A DNA stretch of 64,000 nucleotides from an uncultured Gemmatimonadales bacterium (GTDB taxonomy: Bacteria; Gemmatimonadota; Gemmatimonadetes; Longimicrobiales; RSA9), in the NCBI GenBank assembly GCA_963708135.1, contig OY970192.1:1408001-1472000 (forward strand), written 5' to 3'. Below, one piece after another: positions 57,217-64,000 of this stretch; positions within the stretch are counted from its first letter, which is position 1, and every line of letters starts with the position of its first letter. A model generated the notes under the pieces. The model saw only the letters and a program-made list of their open reading frames with translations. It did no database searches and had not been told where the DNA came from. The position numbers were made by a program, and so were the translations under genes.

Positions 57217-59958
57217 ATGCTGAAGCGTCCGGTGCGCGTCCTCATCGCGGCGGCAGTGCTGCTCGTCGTGGCACTCACCGGCGGGCGTGCGCTGGTCGGG
57301 CTCTACACGGACGCGCTCTGGTACTCGACGCTTGGCTACGTGGGCGTCTTCTGGACCCGGCTCGGCGCGGGCGCGGCCGTCCGCACCACGGCCGGCGTCG
57401 CGGGCGCCGCCCTCGTCATGTTGAACCTGGGGCTGGTCTCGCGCCGCCTGGGGCCGGTGCACCTGCGGCGCCGCTACGGCAACCTGGAGATCGCCGAGCA
57501 GGTGCCCCGGGCCTATCTGCTGGGGGGCATGGCCGTGACCGCCGTGCTCGCCGGCTGGTGGCTCTCGGGGCTGGAGTTCGGAGGCGACGCGTCGCTCGCC
57601 ATGCTCGCGTGGGTGCGCCACGCCTCGTGGGGCCTCCAGGATCCACTCTTCGGCCACGACGTCGGCTTCTACGTCTTCACCCTGCCCGCGCTGTACCGGA
57701 TCGCCGACTTCCTCTTTCTGGCGCTCGTCTGGAGCGCGCTCCTGGTGCTGCTCGGCTACGTGCTCGTGGGAGGCATCCGCTGGAAGGACAACCGGCCCGA
57801 AGTGGACGACAGCACCCGACTGCACTTCATGTTGCTGGTGGCGGCGCTCGTGGCGCTGCTGGCCGTCCGCTACTGGCTCGGCCGCTACACGCTCCTGCTG
57901 GACGGCTCCGGCTTCGACAACATGCTCGGCTACACGGACGTGGCGGCGAGGCTGCCGGGCCAGCGCGGGCTGGCGGTGATCGCGCTGATCACGGCGGGCA
58001 CCATCGTCTACGGCGCATTGCGGCGGACATGGCTGGCGCCGGCGATCGCGCTGGGAGTGCTGGTGGTCGGGGCGATCGTGCTCGGGCAGGTTTACCCGTC
58101 CCTCGTGCAGAAGCTGCGCGTCGAGCCGAACCAGTACGTGCGCGAGAGCCGCTACATCCGCTGGAGCCTGGAGTTCACGCGCCGCGCCTACGGGCTGGAC
58201 CACCTGGAGCGGCGCATGCTGCCGTACCGGCGGGCCGCGCCGCCGACGTGGAGCTCCGTCGCGGGGGAGCTCGACCGCCTTCCGCTCTGGGACCCGGAGC
58301 CGCTGCGGACCGCCTTCAACCAGATCCAGGCGATCTACGGCTACTACCATTTCCCGCAGGTGGACTACGACCGCTACGCCACGCAGGCCGGGCAGCGGCA
58401 GACGGCGATCGGCGTGCGCGAGTTCTATCCCGAAGGGCTGCCCGAGACCTCCAAGAACTGGCTGACGCTGACGCTCAACCCGAAGTTCCTGCGCGGGGTT
58501 GGGGAGGTGCTGACGCCGGCGGACGCGGCGGGCGCGCAGGGTGAGCCGGTGCTCTGGCTGGGGGATGTCGATCCCGTCGTGCGCAGCCCCGACGCGCCGG
58601 CTTCGGCCGGGCTCACCGAGCCAAGCATCTTCGTGGGGGAGACCACGAGTGGCTACGTCGTGCTGATCCCCGGCCGCGACGGCGCCTTGCGCGGAACCCC
58701 CGGCCGCGACTTCCCCGCGGGCGTCACCCTATCCTCGTGGACCCGCCTGCTGGCGTTCGCCTGGCGCTTCGGGGACAAGAACCTGCTCTTCTCGGGCGAG
58801 CTCACGCCGCAGAGCCGGATCTTCTGGCGGCGCTCGGTCGGCGAGCGGGTGCGCTCGCTCGCCCCGTTCGTCGTCTGGGATCCGGACCCCTACGCGGTGG
58901 TCGCGAACGGGCGCACCTACTGGATCGTGGACGGTTACACCACCTCGACGACGTTCCCCCTCTCGCACCCGCTCCAGATCGACGGGGTGGGCCGGCTCCG
59001 CTACCTGCGCAACAGCGTGAAGGCCACGGTGGACGCGGTCACGGGAGCGGTCGTCTTCTACGACGTGGATCCCGGCGACCCGGTGCTGGAGACCTACGGG
59101 CGCATCTTCACGGGGCTCCTGCGGCCGCTGACGGACATGCCGCAGGCGCTGCGTGTGCACCTGCGCTACCCCGCGCTCTACTTCGAGGCACAGGCCCAGC
59201 TGCTCCAGCAGTACCACCTGGTCCGGCCGGAGGCGTTCTACGCCGGCCAGGACGTGTGGCAGCTGCCCCAGGAGTCCGGCCCGCAGGGGGTCCCTCGCGC
59301 CATGCGGCCGATGTACACGACCATGGCGGTGCCGGGAGGGAAGGCGGCGGAGTTCCTCCTGACCGTCCCGTTCATTGCCCGCGAGCGCCAGAACATGACG
59401 GCGATGCTCATCGCCCGCAACAATGGCGCCCACTACGGCGAGCTGCTGCTGCTGGAGCTGCCGCGCGACCAGCAGATCCCCGGGCCGGGCCAGGTGCAGG
59501 CGCTGATGGAGCAGGATCCGACCATCTCGCCGCAGCTCACGCTCTGGCGTCAGGCGGGCAGCGACGTCAACCTGGGACACCTGCGCATCGTCCCGCTGGA
59601 CAGCTCCTTCCTCTACATCCAGCCGCTGTTCCTGTCGGCGCAGGGGAGCCCGATCCCCGAGCTCAAGCGCGTCATCGTCAGCGACGGCCGGTCCGCCGTC
59701 ATGGACAGCGTGCTCGCCAATGCGGTGCGCGGCCTCTCCAGCCCGAACACAAAGGCAACCGCCGCTCCGGCAGAGACGGCGGCGGCCGCGCCGAGCCTGA
59801 CGCCGCCGCCGGCGACGGGAGCATGGCCACGCCGCGCGCTCGACCTGATGGAGGAGGCGGACCGGCGTCTCCGGGCCGGTGATTTCGCTGGCTTCGGCCG
59901 GGCGTGGGGCGAGCTCCGGACGCTGCTTCGCGGGCTTGCTCCGGACACGGCCCGATGA
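57217..59958 (+). CDS. UPF0182 family membrane protein
   Basis: N-terminal TM helices, DP.FG.D.GFY.F.LP, TR.AYGL, YW..DGYT, Y.RNSVK.TVDA..G, LRYP. Confidence 0.93.
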   Translation: MLKRPVRVLIAAAVLLVVALTGGRALVGLYTDALWYSTLGYVGVFWTRLGAGAAVRTTAGVAGAALVMLNLGLVSRRLGPVHLRRRYGNLEIAEQVPRAYLLGGMAVTAVLAGWWLSGLEFGGDASLAMLAWVRHASWGLQDPLFGHDVGFYVFTLPALYRIADFLFLALVWSALLVLLGYVLVGGIRWKDNRPEVDDSTRLHFMLLVAALVALLAVRYWLGRYTLLLDGSGFDNMLGYTDVAARLPGQRGLAVIALITAGTIVYGALRRTWLAPAIALGVLVVGAIVLGQVYPSLVQKLRVEPNQYVRESRYIRWSLEFTRRAYGLDHLERRMLPYRRAAPPTWSSVAGELDRLPLWDPEPLRTAFNQIQAIYGYYHFPQVDYDRYATQAGQRQTAIGVREFYPEGLPETSKNWLTLTLNPKFLRGVGEVLTPADAAGAQGEPVLWLGDVDPVVRSPDAPASAGLTEPSIFVGETTSGYVVLIPGRDGALRGTPGRDFPAGVTLSSWTRLLAFAWRFGDKNLLFSGELTPQSRIFWRRSVGERVRSLAPFVVWDPDPYAVVANGRTYWIVDGYTTSTTFPLSHPLQIDGVGRLRYLRNSVKATVDAVTGAVVFYDVDPGDPVLETYGRIFTGLLRPLTDMPQALRVHLRYPALYFEAQAQLLQQYHLVRPEAFYAGQDVWQLPQESGPQGVPRAMRPMYTTMAVPGGKAAEFLLTVPFIARERQNMTAMLIARNNGAHYGELLLLELPRDQQIPGPGQVQALMEQDPTISPQLTLWRQAGSDVNLGHLRIVPLDSSFLYIQPLFLSAQGSPIPELKRVIVSDGRSAVMDSVLANAVRGLSSPNTKATAAPAETAAAAPSLTPPPATGAWPRRALDLMEEADRRLRAGDFAGFGRAWGELRTLLRGLAPDTAR

Positions 59959-60042
59959 GCGGCGCGCGGGCGGCGGGATGAGCCGCGGACGGAGGCCTCC
60001 GGAGGCGCTTCCCGAGGCCCGAGCGCAGCGCTCCGACGCGGG

Positions 60043-60071
60043 TTGCACGTGCCCCGGAGCGCCCTTATGAT
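60043..60071 (+). promoter_or_regulatory. Sigma70 promoter for carbamate kinase-sucCD
   Basis: TTGCAC-N17-TATGAT. Confidence 0.6.
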
Positions 60072-60090
60072 TGCGCAGCCGTCAACCGGG

Positions 60091-61041
60091 ATGGACGCTC
60101 CCGCGCGCGCCATCGTGGTTGCGCTGGGCGGCAACGCGCTGCAGCCGTCGGGAGAGCGCGGCGATATCCACGAACAGTTCGCGCACACGCGCGAGAGCCT
60201 GGCGCCGATCGTCGCGCTGGCCCGCGAGGGCTGGCGCATCGCCGTCGTGCACGGCAACGGCCCGCAGATCGGGGATGAGCTGCGGCGCAACGAGGAGGCG
60301 CGCGCGGAGCTGCCGCCCCTGCCCCTCGGGGTGCTGGTCGCGGCCACCGCCGGGTGGATCGGCTACATGATCCAGCAGTCGCTGGAGAACGCGCTCGAGC
60401 GGTCGGGCGTGCGCCGTCCGGTCGCTACCGTGATCACACAGGTCGTCGTGGATCCGGCCGACCCGGCGACGCACGAGCCCACGAAGCCGATCGGGCGCGT
60501 CATGGCGGAGGAGAGGGGCGCGCGGGCGCTGGCGCACGAGCTCGGCTGGACGGTTGGCCCCGTGGATGGTGGCTGGCGCCGACTGGTCCCCTCCCCGCGG
60601 CCGCTAGCGATCGTGGAAGCGCCCGTCATTCGCACGCTCGTCGAGGCGGGCACGATCGTGATCGCGGTGGGCGGTGGCGGAACGCCGGTCTACCGGGACC
60701 CGGTACTGCGACTCGAGGGCGTGGACGCGGTGATCGACAAGGACCGTGCGGCCGCGGTGCTGGCCACCGAGATCGACGCAGAGGCGCTGCTGATCCTGAC
60801 CAACGTGGACGGGGTGTACCGCGGGTGGGGCACGCCGGGGCAGGAGCGGATCGTGCGGCTCACGGCCGCACAGGCGGAGGCGCTGCTGGGGGAGGGTGGG
60901 CTCGGGCGGGGGAGCATGGCCCCGAAGCTGGAGGCCGCGCTCGCGTTCCTGCGCGGCAGCGGCCGGCGCGCCTTCATCGGGCGCCTGGACGAGGGGCTAG
61001 AAACTGTGAACGAACAGGCGGGCACGCTCGTGGTGCCCTGA
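60091..61041 (+). CDS. arcC: Carbamate kinase
   Basis: ALGGNAL, HGNGPQ.G, PTKPIG, RR.VPSP, GGGG.P, AVIDKD, GSM.PK. Confidence 0.95.
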   Translation: MDAPARAIVVALGGNALQPSGERGDIHEQFAHTRESLAPIVALAREGWRIAVVHGNGPQIGDELRRNEEARAELPPLPLGVLVAATAGWIGYMIQQSLENALERSGVRRPVATVITQVVVDPADPATHEPTKPIGRVMAEERGARALAHELGWTVGPVDGGWRRLVPSPRPLAIVEAPVIRTLVEAGTIVIAVGGGGTPVYRDPVLRLEGVDAVIDKDRAAAVLATEIDAEALLILTNVDGVYRGWGTPGQERIVRLTAAQAEALLGEGGLGRGSMAPKLEAALAFLRGSGRRAFIGRLDEGLETVNEQAGTLVVP

Positions 61042-61054
61042 GAGAGCGGGGGAG

Positions 61055-62206
61055 ATGAACATTCACGAGTACCAGGCCAGGGAGATCCTGCGTGCCCACG
61101 GAATCCCGGTTCCGCCGGGTGAGGTGACACGCACGCCGGAGGAGGCGGAGCGGATCGCGGCGGGCTATGGCGGGGCCGTAGTGGTGAAGGCGCAGGTGCA
61201 CGCGGGCGGACGCGGCAAGGCCGGCGGCGTGAAGCTGGCGAAGGACGCGGCCGAGGCGCGCGAGCGCGCCGGCGCGATCCTCGGGATGCGGATCAAGGGC
61301 CTCACGGTGGAGCAGGTGCTGGTCGCGCGCGCCGAGGACATCGCGTCAGAGAGCTACGTGGGGATCGTGGTCGACCGTGCGACGAAGCGGCCGGTCGTCA
61401 TGGTCAGCGCTGAGGGCGGGATCGACATCGAGGAGGTCGCGGCCACCAAGCCGGAGGCGATCCGGCGGCTGGCCGTGGATCCGCGCTACGGGCTGCTCCC
61501 GTTCCAGGCGTACGAGCTGGCGTGCGCGCTCTACGACGACATCGGGCAGCAGCGGGCGTGCGCGCGCATCCTGCGACGGCTCTACGATGCCTTCGTGGAC
61601 AGCGGCGCCTCGCTGGCGGAGATCAATCCGCTGATCACGACGCCGGCGGGCGAGGTGAAGGCGATCGACGCCAAGATGAACATCGACGACAACGAGCTGT
61701 TCCGGCACGCCGACATCGAGGCCCTGCGGGATACGTCCTCGGAGCCGGAGGCGGAGACCACGGCGCGCGAGGCCTCGCTCACCTACATCCAGCTCGACGG
61801 CGACATCGGCGCCGTGGTCAACGGCGCCGGCCTGGCCATGGCCACGATGGATCTCATCAAGTTCTACGGCGGCGAGCCGGCGAACTTCCTGGACATCGGC
61901 GGCTCGTCGAATCCGGACAAGGTGGTCAACGCGCTGAAGATCATCACGAGCGACGAGAACGTCCGGGTCATCCTGTTCAACATCTTCGGCGGGATCACGC
62001 GCTGCGACGACGTGGCGAACGGCATCCTGGAGGCGACGCGCCGCATCGAGATCGGCGTGCCGCTGGTGATCCGGCTGACCGGCACGAACGAGGAGGCAGC
62101 GCTGCCGATCCTCGAGTCGGCCGGCTTCGGGGCCTCCACCTCGATGGACGAGGTGGTTCAGAAGGCGGTGGCGCTGGCCAAGGACTCGGCGGGGGCGAGG
62201 GGCTGA
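61055..62206 (+). CDS. sucC: Succinate--CoA ligase beta subunit
   Basis: [42 protein letters not shown]. Confidence 0.99.
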   Translation: MNIHEYQAREILRAHGIPVPPGEVTRTPEEAERIAAGYGGAVVVKAQVHAGGRGKAGGVKLAKDAAEARERAGAILGMRIKGLTVEQVLVARAEDIASESYVGIVVDRATKRPVVMVSAEGGIDIEEVAATKPEAIRRLAVDPRYGLLPFQAYELACALYDDIGQQRACARILRRLYDAFVDSGASLAEINPLITTPAGEVKAIDAKMNIDDNELFRHADIEALRDTSSEPEAETTAREASLTYIQLDGDIGAVVNGAGLAMATMDLIKFYGGEPANFLDIGGSSNPDKVVNALKIITSDENVRVILFNIFGGITRCDDVANGILEATRRIEIGVPLVIRLTGTNEEAALPILESAGFGASTSMDEVVQKAVALAKDSAGARG

Positions 62207-62209
62207 CCA

Positions 62210-63091
62210 ATGTCGATCTTCATAGATGAGAGCACGAAGGTGCTCGTGCAGGGGATCACCGGGCGCGACGGCTCGTTCCACGCCCGGCAGATGATGGAGT
62301 ACGGGACGCGCGTAGTCGCGGGGGTCACGCCCGGCAAGGGCGGCCAGGTGTTCGACGGCGGAGAGGGCGGCACGGCGCCAATCTTCGACACCGTCGAGGA
62401 GGCGGTGGAGGCGACGGGCGCCGACGCCTCGATCATCTACGTCCCCCCCGCCTTCGCCGCGGACGCGATCATGGAGGCGGCCGATGCGGGAATCGGCTTC
62501 ATCGTGGCGATCACGGAAGGCGTGCCGGTGCTCGACATGACGCGCGTGTGGCCCTTCGTCGAGGAGCGCGGCGCGCGCCTGCTCGGGCCGAACTGCCCGG
62601 GGCTGCTCGCACCGGGGAAGTCCAAGATCGGGATCATGCCCGGCCAGATCGCGAGGCCGGGAAGCGTCGGAGTGGTCTCCCGCTCCGGCACGCTCACGTA
62701 CGAGGTCGTCTACCAGCTGACCCGCGCGGGCATCGGCCAGAGCACGTGCGTGGGCATCGGCGGTGATCCGATCATCGGCACCAACTTCATCGATTGCCTT
62801 GCCGCATTCGAGGAGGACGAGGAGACGCGCGCCGTCGTGATGATCGGCGAAATCGGCGGCACCGACGAGCAGATGGCGGCCGCGTTCGTCAAGGAGAAGC
62901 TCTCGAAGCCCGTCGTCGGCTTCATTGCCGGCCAGACGGCGCCACCCGGCCGGCGCATGGGCCACGCCGGAGCGATCATCAGCGGTTCGGCCGGTACCGC
63001 CGCGGAGAAGATCCAGGCGTTCGAGGAGAACGGGATCCGGGTCATGCGGCGGCCGTCCGACGTCGTCGAGTTGATCCGGGAGGTGCTCTGA
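62210..63091 (+). CDS. sucD: Succinate--CoA ligase alpha subunit
   Basis: [31 protein letters not shown]. Confidence 0.99.
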   Translation: MSIFIDESTKVLVQGITGRDGSFHARQMMEYGTRVVAGVTPGKGGQVFDGGEGGTAPIFDTVEEAVEATGADASIIYVPPAFAADAIMEAADAGIGFIVAITEGVPVLDMTRVWPFVEERGARLLGPNCPGLLAPGKSKIGIMPGQIARPGSVGVVSRSGTLTYEVVYQLTRAGIGQSTCVGIGGDPIIGTNFIDCLAAFEEDEETRAVVMIGEIGGTDEQMAAAFVKEKLSKPVVGFIAGQTAPPGRRMGHAGAIISGSAGTAAEKIQAFEENGIRVMRRPSDVVELIREVL

Positions 63092-63119
63092 CCGGCACCC
63101 CGCCGGCCGGAGCGCGCGC

Positions 63120-63998
63120 ATGCAACTCACCGAGCTGCTCCCCCCGGAGCACCTGTTCGTCCCCCTCCAGGAAGCCACCCTGCGCCAGGCCCTCGGCCGG
63201 ATGCTGCGGGGACTCGCCGCCGAGGGCGCCGTCCGCGACGCCGAGGCCGTCGAGCAGCGGCTTCACGACGGCCCGCGCAGGACGCTCGTGCCGATCGGGG
63301 CGCGAGCCGTCCTGCCGCACTCGCGCACCGAGGCGGTCGAGCGGCTGGTGCTCGCCCTGGGAATCGCCCCGGCACCGCTCGACGGCAGCGACAGCGGCCT
63401 GGCGACGGACCCGCAGCTCGTGGCCCTCGTGCTCGCTCCATCCGAGGCCTCGTCGCTCTATCTCCAGACGGTGGCCACCCTGGCCCGCCTCCTCCGGGAC
63501 GCCGCCCTGGTCGAGCGCCTGCTCGCCGCACGCTCGCCCGAGGAGGTCCTGGCGATCGCGGAGATCCGCGACGCGCCGATCCAGGCGAGGCTCACCGTCC
63601 GCGATGTGCAGGGGCGGCGCCAGAGCGTCGGCCCCCTCACCCCCGTCCGCGAGGCCATCTCGCTCATGGTCCGTCTGGGCGTCAAGGCCGTTCCTGTCGT
63701 CGGCGAGAAGGACGAGGTCCTCGGCATCGTCACCGAGTGGGACATCATGCGCGCCCTGCTGCCGCACGTCCCCCGGACGGCCGACGCCGAGGACGGCGGG
63801 TTCCGCATCCCGGCCGATCTCTACGTGCGCGATATCATGACCCGGTCCGTCCTGTGCATCTCCGAGGACATGGGGCTCGATGAGGTCGCGAACATGATGA
63901 TCAACAAGGACGTCGAGCAGTTCCCCGTCGTCCGCGAAGGCAAGCTCGCCGGCTTTCTCAGCCGCGGCGAGATCATCCGCAAACTCTTCGGACATTGA
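63120..63998 (+). CDS. PTS EIIA (fructose/nitrogen-type) domain fused to a CBS-domain pair
   Basis: N-terminal EIIA-like R...T...AVLPHSR with putative phospho-His; C-terminal tandem CBS (VPVV...VLGIVTE.D; FPVV..GKL.G.LSR). Confidence 0.8.
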   Translation: MQLTELLPPEHLFVPLQEATLRQALGRMLRGLAAEGAVRDAEAVEQRLHDGPRRTLVPIGARAVLPHSRTEAVERLVLALGIAPAPLDGSDSGLATDPQLVALVLAPSEASSLYLQTVATLARLLRDAALVERLLAARSPEEVLAIAEIRDAPIQARLTVRDVQGRRQSVGPLTPVREAISLMVRLGVKAVPVVGEKDEVLGIVTEWDIMRALLPHVPRTADAEDGGFRIPADLYVRDIMTRSVLCISEDMGLDEVANMMINKDVEQFPVVREGKLAGFLSRGEIIRKLFGH

Positions 63999-64000
63999 CG

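Overview
A 64-kb, very GC-rich bacterial core-genome window. Gene order and protein style suggest Gemmatimonadota (inference). It is almost entirely + strand housekeeping genes: groEL (5'-truncated), two exported metallopeptidases, a minus-strand PLDc_N/ABC exporter operon, thrS, a yicC-gmk-rpoZ-coaBC-udg-dnaB-radA-ispD-tsaC-LMW phosphatase-aroE-comF-gap run, pgk-tpiA-secG, 2-oxoacid dehydrogenase E1beta-E2-lipB, rnhA, carA, hup/ihf, an ECF sigma/anti-sigma/Spy-like triad, moaDEA, mdh-sdhCAB, dcd, a full nuo operon with fused nuoCD, a phosphomannomutase, UPF0182, carbamate kinase, sucCD and a PTS IIA-CBS fusion. I saw no mobile element, CRISPR array, tRNA or rRNA. The best signals are non-coding. 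(1) A ~300-nt, apparently independently promoted, multi-branched RNA with two potential pseudoknots lies between lipB and rnhA and matches no family I recognise. (2) A 26-codon leader peptide with six consecutive Thr codons and a full attenuator precedes thrS, and is absent from the ORF track. (3) Asp->Asn codons recur at normally conserved or invariant sites in five genes. Also notable are a Rex-type operator at nuoA, a sigma54-like promoter before a small Zn-ribbon gene, an orphan operator palindrome and a G-quadruplex-prone tract. All structures were paired by eye; no folding or database search was run.
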